This document shows, piece by piece, positions 11,471 to 20,398 of a DNA stretch of 64,000 nucleotides. Under the pieces are notes generated by a model. It saw only the letters and a list, made by a program, of their open reading frames with translations, was not told where the DNA came from and searched no databases. The stretch's first letter is position 1. Each line of letters starts with the position of its first letter. Where the stretch lies: the NCBI GenBank assembly GCA_963738115.1, contig CAVTVN010000020.1, positions 9,591-73,590 on the forward strand. Direction: 5' to 3'. The stretch comes from an uncultured Gammaproteobacteria bacterium (GTDB lineage: Bacteria; Pseudomonadota; Gammaproteobacteria; Xanthomonadales; Rhodanobacteraceae). Position numbers and translations under genes: made by a program.

Positions 11471-11893
11471 ATGAATGCCGACCTTTCGACTACTCGCAAG
11501 TCTCTGATCCGTGATGTACTGCTGCTGCAGGTCAAGCTGTTGATCGGTGCCGCGCGCGACCTTGCCGTGGTGCCGGTGACGCTCGGCGCTGCGCTGCTCG
11601 ACCTGATCCTGTCGAAGCAGCAGGCGCCGCGCTACTTCCACCATGTATTGCGCCTCGGCGAACTCAGCGAACGCTGGATCGATACCTGGTCGGCCGGGCG
11701 CAAGGACGAGGAGCCGCAGCGCGGGAACGTCGATGCGCTGCTGGCAAGCGTCGAAGAGATCGTGCGCGATCCGAAGGTCGGCGCCCATCGTGCGCGCGTA
11801 CTCAAGCGCTGGGCTGAACGACAAGTAGCCCGCGCGCGGCAGCGGATCGGACCGGACAAGGCCGTGGTCGAAGCGGAACGCAAGCCCGATTGA
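11471..11893 (+). CDS. Hypothetical helical protein (140 aa)
   Basis: Fills the gap between valS and rimI; plausible composition; no family recognised. Confidence 0.7.
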   Translation: MNADLSTTRKSLIRDVLLLQVKLLIGAARDLAVVPVTLGAALLDLILSKQQAPRYFHHVLRLGELSERWIDTWSAGRKDEEPQRGNVDALLASVEEIVRDPKVGAHRARVLKRWAERQVARARQRIGPDKAVVEAERKPD

Positions 11894-11936
11894 AGGCGTG
11901 AGCGCCGGCTGGAGTGAGCGCTCGCACGTCGTCAGA

Positions 11937-12416
11937 TCAGTACTCCGGCAGGTGCAGTTCGATCGCCATCACGAGGGCATCTTCACGCCCGCGTCGGGCC
12001 GGATAGTAGTTCGGCCGGCGACCGATCTCGTTGAAGCCGATATGCTCATACAGCGCGACTGCGCGCGTGTTCGACGGGCGCACTTCGAGGAACATGCGCT
12101 CGGCGTGATGCCAGCGCGCCAGATCGATCATGCGCCGCACCAGCCGCGTGCCGAGTCCACGCCCCTCGTGCTTGCGGGCGACGCAGACATTCAGCAGGTG
12201 CGCCTCGGACGCGGCAACGGAAAGCACGGCGTAGCCGACGATCTCGCCGGCCTGCGTGAGCACCCAGCATTCGTAGCCGGCGCGCAGGCAGTCGCGGAAG
12301 ATGCCGAGCGTCCAGGGAAATTCATACGCTTCGGTCTCGAGCGCCACGACACTTTCGAGATCGTCGAGGTGCATCGCACGCAACGCCGACTGTTCTTCCT
12401 TGAGTATCGCGACCAC
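11937..12416 (-). CDS. rimI: Ribosomal protein S18-alanine N-acetyltransferase
   Basis: FPWTLGIFRDCL, EAHLLNVCV, GRGLG, FLEVRPSN, GRRPNYY, REDALVM. GTG 12416 lies just after the upstream stop. Confidence 0.93.
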   Translation of the reverse strand: MVAILKEEQSALRAMHLDDLESVVALETEAYEFPWTLGIFRDCLRAGYECWVLTQAGEIVGYAVLSVAASEAHLLNVCVARKHEGRGLGTRLVRRMIDLARWHHAERMFLEVRPSNTRAVALYEHIGFNEIGRRPNYYPARRGREDALVMAIELHLPEY

Positions 12417-12420
12417 GACG

Positions 12421-12897
12421 TCAATCCGCGCGCAGCCGCCGGGCCAGCGGTTTGAGTTGTTGCCACAGCGTGCGCTTCGCAGCCGCATCGCGCAGCGACG
12501 CCGGCTCGGCATCGATGACGACGAGCATGAGCGTATTCTGCTGTTCGATCGACAGGTGCGCGGAGCAGGCGCGCGCGGCGGCGGCACCGATCATCAGGTA
12601 GGCAGTCGCTTGCGGCAGTTCGCCGAGAGAACCATCTGCCGCTGTTTCGACGCGGCGAACGGCGCCATCGGTAACACCGACCGAGCGCAGCAACTGCGGC
12701 AAAAGGCGCGTGAGACCCGGCTTGCGCCCGGCACCATTGAGATAACCGACGACCAGCCGTGCAGGTTGTTCTGGAACGGCAGAATGTTCGCCAAGTGTCG
12801 CCGCTTGTGACGCATCGTCTCGATCGGCCGCGCGCAGGCGGTATACGTCGATGCCGATCGCAGCGAGTACGGCGAGGCGGCTGCCTTCATCCAGCAT
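12421..12897 (-). CDS. Probable DNA polymerase III psi subunit (HolD-like)
   Basis: N-terminal RLAVLAAIGIDVYRLR and C-terminal AKRTLWQQL resemble the psi termini; sits directly upstream of rimI, as holD does in E. coli. Confidence 0.55.
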   Translation of the reverse strand: MLDEGSRLAVLAAIGIDVYRLRAADRDDASQAATLGEHSAVPEQPARLVVGYLNGAGRKPGLTRLLPQLLRSVGVTDGAVRRVETAADGSLGELPQATAYLMIGAAAARACSAHLSIEQQNTLMLVVIDAEPASLRDAAAKRTLWQQLKPLARRLRAD

Positions 12898-13504
12898 GGG
12901 TTTCGCCCGTCAACGCTGTCAGGTCCTTGTAGAACGCCGCAAATGTCCTGTCGACCGCCACGCCGAAAGCCGCGACCGTCGCAGTCAACGTACCGTCCGC
13001 CGCGGCTTCCTCGGCCCTGTACTGCTGCTCGATCAATGGTTCGCCTTCATCCTGCTCGACGCGCATTTCAAGGGTCACGACAGCCTTGAAGCTCTTGCCG
13101 TCGCTGACGCGTTCGTAGCGCTGGATCGTCCCGCGGATGCGCAGCGCGTGCGTGCTCGCCGGCAGACGGTCGGTCACGAGAGGGGAAACACCGGAAGCGC
13201 GCAGCATGTCGATCAGGCGCCCCTGCAGCGCATGCGTCGGTGGATCGCTCCAAAGCTGGTAGTGATAGGTGCGCAAGGAGCCCTGATCGGCACCCACCGT
13301 ATAAAGCACCGACTGCTCCGCATACACGCCTTCGGCGCGAAAAGTATCGACTTCGATGGGCAGCAACGTGAGCGGCTTGTCGGCGCGCGGGACTTGCGCC
13401 GCTGCCGGCAGGCGGAAATAGGTGACGTCGGGAATCTCCGGCACCGAACAGCCGGAAAGGCAGAGAACCAGGCCGGCCACTGCCGCTGCTGCGAAACGAT
13501 TCAT
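12887..13504 (-). CDS. ABC-transport auxiliary lipoprotein (PqiC-like)
   Basis: Lipobox LSGC; YHYQLWSDPP motif; follows the MCE gene with ATGA overlap. Confidence 0.85.
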   Translation of the reverse strand: MNRFAAAAVAGLVLCLSGCSVPEIPDVTYFRLPAAAQVPRADKPLTLLPIEVDTFRAEGVYAEQSVLYTVGADQGSLRTYHYQLWSDPPTHALQGRLIDMLRASGVSPLVTDRLPASTHALRIRGTIQRYERVSDGKSFKAVVTLEMRVEQDEGEPLIEQQYRAEEAAADGTLTATVAAFGVAVDRTFAAFYKDLTALTGETHAG

Positions 13505-14448
13505 TGGTCCTGACCCTCCACCTTGTCCGCCTTCGGCGATACCAGCAATGCGTTGGGATGCTTGCGGATCTCGTGGCTGAATTCGTCGAAGTTGCGGCTG
13601 GCGATGGCCAGATGTTGCGTGATCGAATCGATGCGCCCCGACAACGCCGACAGCGTGGCGCGCAGGTCGCTGACAGCATCGCGCACACCGGGGCGATTTT
13701 CGCGCACCATGTTGTCGATCTGTTCGAGGGCATCCTTGAGCTGGCTCTGCGTTGCCAGCAGCTCGTGGCTGAGCGTGCTCGCGTTGCCGAGCGTCGCGGA
13801 AATCGCGGCGCGATTCTCCGGCTTGAGTACGTCGTTGATGGCATCGGAGGCGTTGTTGAGCCGGTGCAACAACGCCTTCGACTGCTCGACGAGTTCCGGC
13901 GTATTCTTGTCGATGACGCTGGCGATCGAATCGACGTGCTGCGACAGGTTTTTGATCAGCGGCGCGATCTGGTCGCGCGTCAGTTCGGTCAGTTGCGCGG
14001 CGAGTTCGTTCACGGCCGAGAAGATGTCGGCGTTCTCCGTGCCCTTCAGCTCGCTTCCCGCCGCGGCGATTTCCTTGCTCTTGCCTTCGCTGATGCCGAT
14101 CGCGACATCGGCCAGGAGTCCGGTCGAGGTCAGCCGCGCGAGGCTGTCTTTCGGAATCGGCCAGTCGCGGCGCACGGACAGTTCGATCTTGTAGCGCGTA
14201 CTGCGCTCTCCATTCGGGCCGGCATCGCGCTCGGGAACGATCGCGCCGACCTGCCCGATGCGGTAGCCCTCGTAGAATACCGGCGCGCCGAAGCGCAGCC
14301 CGGTGACGTTGCGATAATGGGTGAAATACTCCGTGCTCGCACCACTGCGCCCGGTGATCATGGCGAGCGCAACGAGCAGCACCGCGAACGCCGCTGCGAC
14401 GACCGCCCCCACCAGCACATAGTTCACGCTATCCCGCTTCACCGTCAC
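13501..14448 (-). CDS. MlaD/MCE family protein with long helical C-terminus
   Basis: N-terminal TM; VTGLRFGAPVFYEGYRIGQV MCE motif; C-terminal RKHPNALL. Start is GTG 14448 or 14442. Confidence 0.92.
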   Translation of the reverse strand: MTVKRDSVNYVLVGAVVAAAFAVLLVALAMITGRSGASTEYFTHYRNVTGLRFGAPVFYEGYRIGQVGAIVPERDAGPNGERSTRYKIELSVRRDWPIPKDSLARLTSTGLLADVAIGISEGKSKEIAAAGSELKGTENADIFSAVNELAAQLTELTRDQIAPLIKNLSQHVDSIASVIDKNTPELVEQSKALLHRLNNASDAINDVLKPENRAAISATLGNASTLSHELLATQSQLKDALEQIDNMVRENRPGVRDAVSDLRATLSALSGRIDSITQHLAIASRNFDEFSHEIRKHPNALLVSPKADKVEGQDQ

Positions 14449-14476
14449 CCCTTGTTTCCCGGACCGAACGATTTAA

Positions 14477-14614
14477 CCACGAAAGACGCGAAGATCACGA
14501 AGGACTTGCCAAGAGAGCCGCCGATTCGGAGCAGCCGTCAGACATCATCCTGCTGACCCGACACTCACAAGCCCCCTGTCCTTGCCCTGCCTCGCGTTGT
14601 TCGTGCTTTCGTGG
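14477..14614. repeat. Inverted pair of ~9-mer tandem arrays
   Basis: Left arm CCACGAAAG-ACGCGAAGA-TCACGAAGG (14477-14503); right arm CCTCGCGTTGTTCGTGCTTTCGTGG (14590-14614) is its imperfect reverse complement. Confidence 0.7.
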
Positions 14615-14628
14615 GTGCATCTGGCGCC

Positions 14629-15432
14629 TTACACCGTTTCTTCTTCGGTCAGGCGTTTCAGGTACGCGTCGGCGTCGACCTGGATCTCGCGCGGACGCCG
14701 GTTGAGCAGATCCTGGATGCGCTCGTTCCCGGCCCGCCGAACTTCATCGACGCTGCCCGTCATCAGGATCTCCCCCTGGTCGAGCACGGTAATGGTATCC
14801 GCAATCTTGAATGCGCTCTCGAGTTCGTGCGTGACGACGACGATCGTCATGCGCAGAGCGTCGCGCAGGCGCAGGATCAGTTCATCGAGTTCGGCCGAAA
14901 CGACCGGGTCGAGGCCCGCTGACGGCTCGTCGAAAAACAGCAGCTTGGGGTCCATCACGATGGCGCGCGCCAATGCCGCGCGCTTGATCATGCCGCCGGA
15001 CAGCTGGCTCGGCATCAGGTCCTGGAAGCCGCCGAGGTTGACCACCTCGAGCTTGAGCCGGCTCATGATGCGGATCGTGTTCTCGTCGAGTTCGGTATGC
15101 TCGCGCAGCGGCAGCGCGACATTGTCGCCGACGCTCATCGACGTGAGCAGCGCCCCGCCCTGAAACGACACGCCGATCTGACGGCGCATGGCGAGCATCT
15201 CGCGCTCGCCGGCATTGCCGACGTCGACGCCGAGCAGACGTACCCTTCCGCTGCGCGGCTTGTGCAGGCCCAGCAGGTGCCGCAGCAGCGTGCTCTTGCC
15301 CGAGCCCGAGCCGCCCATGATCACGCGGATCTCGCCCGCGTTCACGCTGAAGTCGACGCCCTTGAGAATGCGCCGACGCCCGTACCAGGCTTCGAGCTTT
15401 TCGACTTCGATCAGCGGTTGCGTGGCGTTCAC
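14629..15432 (-). CDS. MlaF-like ABC ATPase
   Basis: GGSGSGKST Walker A, LSGGMIKRAALARA, LLFFDEPSAGLDP, VVTHEL. Confidence 0.95.
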   Translation of the reverse strand: MNATQPLIEVEKLEAWYGRRRILKGVDFSVNAGEIRVIMGGSGSGKSTLLRHLLGLHKPRSGRVRLLGVDVGNAGEREMLAMRRQIGVSFQGGALLTSMSVGDNVALPLREHTELDENTIRIMSRLKLEVVNLGGFQDLMPSQLSGGMIKRAALARAIVMDPKLLFFDEPSAGLDPVVSAELDELILRLRDALRMTIVVVTHELESAFKIADTITVLDQGEILMTGSVDEVRRAGNERIQDLLNRRPREIQVDADAYLKRLTEEETV

Positions 15433-15452
15433 GACTAGGCTCTATCCAGGCA

Positions 15453-15604
15453 TGAGGGCTGAGGGCTGAGGGCTGAGGACCGAAAAGATGTAGATCCGCC
15501 TCGAACAGCCGCTATCGCTGGCGTGGTCATCTTCTGCATGTTCGATTCAATACAGTTTCCAGATTGCGTGATCCCTGCTCTTACAGCCCTCGGCTCTCAG
15601 CCCT
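15453..15604. repeat. Inverted pair of 7-mer arrays (TGAGGGC)n ... (CAGCCCT)n
   Basis: TGAGGGC x3 plus TGAGGAC at 15453-15480; CAGCCCT-CGGCTCT-CAGCCCT at 15584-15604, abutting the mlaE stop. Confidence 0.8.
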
Positions 15605-16400
15605 ATCTATTCAGGAAAAACGAAAAGATCATGTCCGCGACGATGATGTAGCAGATCGACAGCACGACGGCGCGCGTCGTCGCGCGGCCGACGCCCTCGG
15701 CACCGCCGGAGACGGAGAAGCCGGTGCTGATGCCGATCAGGCAGATCAGTACGGCGAACACGAAAGCCTTGGCAACACCCTGCCAGATGTCGCCCGGGGT
15801 CAGCAGCGACAGTGTCTGCGAAATGTAGGCGGCCGGCGTTACATTCAGCGCCGGCGATGAATACAGCGCCGCGCCGACAATGGCGATGGCGTCGGCGAAG
15901 ATTGTCAGCGCCGGCAGCATGAGAAGCATGGCGATCAGCGCCGGCGCGGCGAGGTAGCGCACCGGGTCGATGCCGATCACCGACAGCGCGTCGACTTCCT
16001 GCGAGACCGTCATCGAGCCGATGCGCGCGGCCAGCGACGAACCCGAGCGGCCTGCGACGAGGATCGCCGTGATCAGTGCGCCGAACTCCCGCGTCACCGA
16101 CTTGGCGACCGCGACGACCACCTGCGATTGCGCGCCAAACTCCGACAGCGCGGCAATGAACTGGATGCCGAGCATGATACCGATCGTCATTGCCAGCAGA
16201 AGCACGATCGGCAGGGCATCGACGCCAATCTGGCGCATCTGCTCCGCAATCGCACGCAGTCGCACCGGCTGGCCGCGACGCCAGCCGACGGCGGCGAAAT
16301 AGAGGCTTTCAACAAACAGCATCGCCGCATGGCCGACGCCGGCAAGCGCGCCGATCGTGTTACGGCCGAGATTCTCGAGCGGTCGCGTGATGGCGTTCAA
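15603..16400 (-). CDS. MlaE-like ABC permease
   Basis: REFGALITAILVAGRSGSSLAARIGSM, EVDALSVIGIDP, GGAEGVGRATTRAVV; 265 aa with no fused STAS domain. Confidence 0.95.
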   Translation of the reverse strand: MNAITRPLENLGRNTIGALAGVGHAAMLFVESLYFAAVGWRRGQPVRLRAIAEQMRQIGVDALPIVLLLAMTIGIMLGIQFIAALSEFGAQSQVVVAVAKSVTREFGALITAILVAGRSGSSLAARIGSMTVSQEVDALSVIGIDPVRYLAAPALIAMLLMLPALTIFADAIAIVGAALYSSPALNVTPAAYISQTLSLLTPGDIWQGVAKAFVFAVLICLIGISTGFSVSGGAEGVGRATTRAVVLSICYIIVADMIFSFFLNR

Positions 16401-16406
16401 GCCAGC

Positions 16407-16739
16407 TCAGCCTGCACGTGCGGCGTCGAGATCGGGAAAGATCGTGAACACACGATCCAGGCGCGCCAGCTGCAATACCGCCATGACCGCCTTGCTGACG
16501 GAAACGAGGCCGAATTGTTTGCCCTTGCTCTTCGCGCTCTGCAGGCCTTCGACCAGCGCGGCAATACCGGACGAATCGATGTAGCTGACCTCCGACATCT
16601 CGACGCCGACCTTGCCGTTTGCGCCGAGCCCATCGAGTATCGCCTTGCGCACCTGCTGCGACCACGACAGATCGACCTCGCCGCGCAATCGCACGATCAG
16701 GTAATCACCGAGTGTTTCACTGACACATTCGTTGTTCAC
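16407..16739 (-). CDS. STAS-domain anti-sigma-factor antagonist (SpoIIAA/RsbV-like)
   Basis: LRGEVDL, VSYIDSSGIAALV with the phospho-acceptor DSSG motif, LARLDRVFTI. GTG 16739 follows GGAG. Confidence 0.92.
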   Translation of the reverse strand: MNNECVSETLGDYLIVRLRGEVDLSWSQQVRKAILDGLGANGKVGVEMSEVSYIDSSGIAALVEGLQSAKSKGKQFGLVSVSKAVMAVLQLARLDRVFTIFPDLDAARAG

Positions 16740-16852
16740 GCATTCACTCCAAAAACGCAAGCAGAGAGCTCATTCCCAACACAACCATACCTCCACACCA
16801 TTCGATTCAATGACCGAAGGCGACAAGGCGCCCCATGGCGCGCACGTGACTT

Positions 16853-18556
16853 CTATTCCGCATCCCCGATCCCCGGCGCCCGCAGCCGCTTGCGCATGCG
16901 CAGAATGTTGCCGTTGCCGCCCGGTCCGGGCTCCAGCTGCCAGTCATCCATGAGCGTGCGGATGAAAGGAACGCCGAGTCCGCCAGGACGACAATCGCCC
17001 AGGTCGCGCGCCGTGATCTTCCCGGGATCGACCGGCGGCGCGTCGTCGCGCAGCTCGAACACAAGCATATCGCGCTCGCGCTTGAGAAGCAGTGAAATCG
17101 TGTCGTCGATGCAGCCGCAGTAGGCATGGCGAATGATGTTCGTGCAGGCCTCGTCGACCGCCAGCACGAGCTGGTCACGCAATTCGGGGGCGACGGCCTG
17201 TTCATCGAGGACTTCGCGCAGGCGCCCGCGCACGCTGCGCATCTGCACGGCCTGCGCGGGAAACTGCAGCTCCAGCAGCACCTGTGCAGTCTGCCCGTGC
17301 GGCTCCTGCAGGAGCAGGATCGTCGTGTCGTCGACGAGGTCCAGACGCTTGAGGTCGTGGATCAACGCGCGCAGGCGCGGTTCGGGTGCCAGCGGAATGT
17401 GGCGCACGATCAGCTCGCGCAGGCCGGCGCTGCCGATGCGCCGGCGATCGGCGTCGCGCGCGTCGGTGGCGCCATCGGAAAACAAATACAGCGCGGACTT
17501 GCCGAGTGCGACGCGTTGCTCGCCGTAAACCGCGTCGGGCACGATGCCGAGCGGCGGCCCGTCAGCCTGAAATTCGCGAAAGCCTTCATCATCCTGGAGA
17601 AGCGCTGGCGGGAACCCCGCGCTGGCGAAGACGACGCTGCCATCGTTGCGATCGTACTGACCGACCAGCGCGCAGACGAAACGCCCTTCGCGCATCGTCT
17701 GACACAGCTCGATGTTGCTGCGCTCGAGCCAGCGCGCCGGCGGCGTGCCTTCCTTGCCGAGCCAGCGCAGCAGGCTCGCCACGCGCACCATCAGGAATGC
17801 CGCATCGAGTCCCTTGCCGGATATGTCGCCGATGACGAAGGCGATGCGGCCGTCTGGCAGGTCGAAAAAATCGTAGAAGTCGCCGGAGATTTCGTGCGCC
17901 GGCAGATTGATGCCGATGAGCGGGAACTTGTCGCGCCGGCGTTTGGGCAGCAGTGACTTCTGTACGCGGCGCGCCAGGTCCAGCTCGCGCCGTATGCGCT
18001 GCTGCTCGACGAGACTGTCGACAAGCCGCGCATTGTTGACTGCGAGTGCCGCGGGCGCGGCGATCGTGCGCAGCAATTCGGCGTCGCCCGGTTCGAACAG
18101 GCTGCCGCCGCGTCGGTTGATGACTTCGATCGCACCGATCGGCCCTTCGGCTGTGGTCAGCGGCACGCAGATGATCGAACGCGTCACGAAACCGGTTTCG
18201 GCGTCGACGCGCACGTTGACGCGCGAGTCGGTCTGCGCATCGCGCACGATCTGCGTGGTGTTCTCGGCGACGGCTCGACCGACGATGCCCTGGCCGAACT
18301 GAAGCTTCAAACCGGCGATATTGACCGGGCCAACGCATTGGCGGCATTCGATCAGGCCCGTTGCCGGATCGACGAGAAACATCGAGGCCGCTTCGGCCTG
18401 CATGAACTCGGCGATGCGGCCCAAGGCCATCTCGAGCGTCTTGTTCAGATCGATCGACAGCGCCAGCGCCTGGCTCAGCTCGGCGAGAAAGGCCAGCGCG
18501 CGGCGGTCGTCGAGCCCGTCCGGCGATGCAGACAGTCCGCGCGGGGCCGCGTTCAC
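16853..18556 (-). CDS. GAF - PP2C/SpoIIE phosphatase - RsbW-type HATPase kinase fusion (567 aa)
   Basis: GAF (GIVGRAV...TRSIICVPL...IGAIEVINR). PP2C (ISGDFYD, IGDISGKG, LFSDG, DDTT). HATPase (AVDEACTNIIRHAY, RDDAPP, GGLGVPFI). GTG 18556 overlaps the pssA TGA. Confidence 0.92.
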   Translation of the reverse strand: MNAAPRGLSASPDGLDDRRALAFLAELSQALALSIDLNKTLEMALGRIAEFMQAEAASMFLVDPATGLIECRQCVGPVNIAGLKLQFGQGIVGRAVAENTTQIVRDAQTDSRVNVRVDAETGFVTRSIICVPLTTAEGPIGAIEVINRRGGSLFEPGDAELLRTIAAPAALAVNNARLVDSLVEQQRIRRELDLARRVQKSLLPKRRRDKFPLIGINLPAHEISGDFYDFFDLPDGRIAFVIGDISGKGLDAAFLMVRVASLLRWLGKEGTPPARWLERSNIELCQTMREGRFVCALVGQYDRNDGSVVFASAGFPPALLQDDEGFREFQADGPPLGIVPDAVYGEQRVALGKSALYLFSDGATDARDADRRRIGSAGLRELIVRHIPLAPEPRLRALIHDLKRLDLVDDTTILLLQEPHGQTAQVLLELQFPAQAVQMRSVRGRLREVLDEQAVAPELRDQLVLAVDEACTNIIRHAYCGCIDDTISLLLKRERDMLVFELRDDAPPVDPGKITARDLGDCRPGGLGVPFIRTLMDDWQLEPGPGGNGNILRMRKRLRAPGIGDAE

Positions 18557-19359
18557 GGCTGCGGCGGATCCCCGGCTTGGGGCGCAGCGAGATCGCGTTG
18601 GCCGCGCCGCTGGCGCAGCGTCCACAGAGTGAGGATCGGGCCCGACAGCGCGTAGAGGAACGCAATGGCGAACAATACGCGCTCCGGATAGATTGCCAGG
18701 GCGACGAGGATCAGCACCGCGAACAGGATCCAGAAAAACGGCACGCGATCGGATTTCGGAAAGGTCTTGAAACTGAAGTAGCGGAACCGGCTGACCATCA
18801 ACAGGCCAGCGATCACGGCCACGAACGGCGTGACGAACTGCATCTGCGCGCCCGAGTAACCGCCATCGTCCATGGCCCAGAGGAACGACATCGCCAGACC
18901 CGCCGCGGCGGGAATAGCCAGGCCGGTGAAGTAGCGTTTGTCTGCTACGGCTGCCTGGGTATTGAAGCGCGCCAGACGCAAGGCGCCGCATGCGGCGAAG
19001 ATGAACGCTGCCGCCCAGCCGACCTTGCCCCAGGCCGGTCCATACTCCTTCAGTGTCGACAGTGACCACACGTACAGCACCAGCGCCGGGGCAACGCCGA
19101 AGCTGACCAGATCGGACAACGAATCGTACTGCACGCCGAACTCGCTCTGCGTATTGGTCAGCCTGGCCACGCGGCCGTCGAGGCCATCGAGCACGCCGGC
19201 GACGAACACCGCGATGACTGCATCGGTGAAGTGCAGCGATATCGCCGCGATAATCGCGTAAAAACCGGCAAACAGCGCTCCGGTAGTGAACAGGTTCGGC
19301 AGCAGGTAAATGCCGCGGCGCGGTTTGGGCGTTGTCGAGGTAGTCGAATTGGCGTCCAT
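18553..19359 (-). CDS. pssA: CDP-diacylglycerol--serine O-phosphatidyltransferase
   Basis: RRGIYLLPNLFTT, CDP-alcohol motif DGLDGRVARLTNTQSEFGVQYDSLSD, LRLARFN. Start ATG 19359 (or 19365). Confidence 0.95.
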   Translation of the reverse strand: MDANSTTSTTPKPRRGIYLLPNLFTTGALFAGFYAIIAAISLHFTDAVIAVFVAGVLDGLDGRVARLTNTQSEFGVQYDSLSDLVSFGVAPALVLYVWSLSTLKEYGPAWGKVGWAAAFIFAACGALRLARFNTQAAVADKRYFTGLAIPAAAGLAMSFLWAMDDGGYSGAQMQFVTPFVAVIAGLLMVSRFRYFSFKTFPKSDRVPFFWILFAVLILVALAIYPERVLFAIAFLYALSGPILTLWTLRQRRGQRDLAAPQAGDPPQP

Positions 19360-19546
19360 CCGCATGCGTCTGAACCAAGGTGGCCCTGAGTTTACCCCAA
19401 GCCAAGCCAGACCTTGTATCGGGGCCCGACTGGTGCTATCCAATAGCGCGGAGCGCCCGGCGTCGTTTTGGACTTGTCGTTCAGGAACAGTCGGATAAGT
19501 GTCGAAACCGGCTAGCGTCGTCGGCTTGGGTACCGTGGGAGAAGCC

Positions 19547-19982
19547 ATGCACAACAAGTCCTTGATCATCGCCCTGCTCCTGGCCTGTGCCTCGGCGCAG
19601 GCGGCAGACGTATACAAATGGACCGATGCCGCCGGCGTGGTGCAATACACTGAACTCGAGCCGCCGGCCAATGTGAAAGCCGTGAAGATGCATCTGGTCG
19701 GGACCGCGAGCACGGCAGCCTCCGCGGATATCACCGCTGAAGAAGATGCGTCGGGCTCGCAGACGGCACAGAAGCCGGAGCAGGGCGACAAACTGTTGAC
19801 TGCCACAGAGGGCGTCAAGGCGCGCTGCGAACGTGCGCGAGCCGACCTCGAACTGTTGCAAGGCAGTGCTCCGGTCGGCCTCAATACCGGAGACAGCAGC
19901 GAGCGCCCAGCCACTCGACGAGGCCGGGCGCAAGGCGCAAATCGCCAGCACGCAGACGACTATTGCGCACAGCTGCCTGTAA
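19547..19982 (+). pseudogene. DUF4124-domain secreted protein with apparent +1 frameshift near 19906
   Basis: Signal peptide plus VYKWTDAAGVVQYTE. After ...GDSSER the family-like tail QPLDEAGRKAQIASTQTTIAHSCL* continues in the +1 frame to TAA 19982. Could be a sequencing error. Confidence 0.65.
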
Positions 19983-19992
19983 CGTGAAAAAC

Positions 19993-20307
19993 ATGCGCCT
20001 GGCTCGGACAAGCGCTTGATCCGAGCAATCGGGTCGCGCGTGGCCAGTGCTATTGCTGCTCGTGGCGCTGGCGGCAGCCTACGCCTGGTGGTATTTCGCG
20101 CCGGACACGATCCCGGACGTCGTGCGCAAGCAATTGCCGATGTCCGCCCGCGCCAATCCGCTGCTATATCGCTGGCGCGACGACCACGGCCGCCCGCATG
20201 TCACCGACACGCCGCCGACCGATCGCCCCTACGAAACGCTGAAATACGATCCGAAAACGAATGTGGTGCCGAGCATCGTGCCGCCCCCGCCACCGGATAA
20301 GCACTAG
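19993..20307 (+). pseudogene. Small DUF4124-domain membrane protein with in-frame TGA at codon 9
   Basis: ATG 19993: MRLARTSA*SEQSGRAWPVLLLLVAL...LYRWRDDHGRPHVTDTPP. TGA at 20017-20019; an intact shorter ORF from GTG 20047 is the alternative. Confidence 0.55.
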
Positions 20308-20398
20308 CTGCACAACAGCCGGCCAGGGCCGCGCGGCAGCGGCGGCAGCCGACAACGAGCCCGCGGCGACAAGGTCCCGCCGCGCGGTGCCGCGGATT

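Noticed and set aside
16853-19914. 850-aa and 453-aa overlapping ORFs as a pssA-phosphatase fusion or frameshift
   Set aside because: Explained by two ordinary genes with a GTGA overlap at 18553-18556; the extensions are off-frame read-through in GC-rich DNA.
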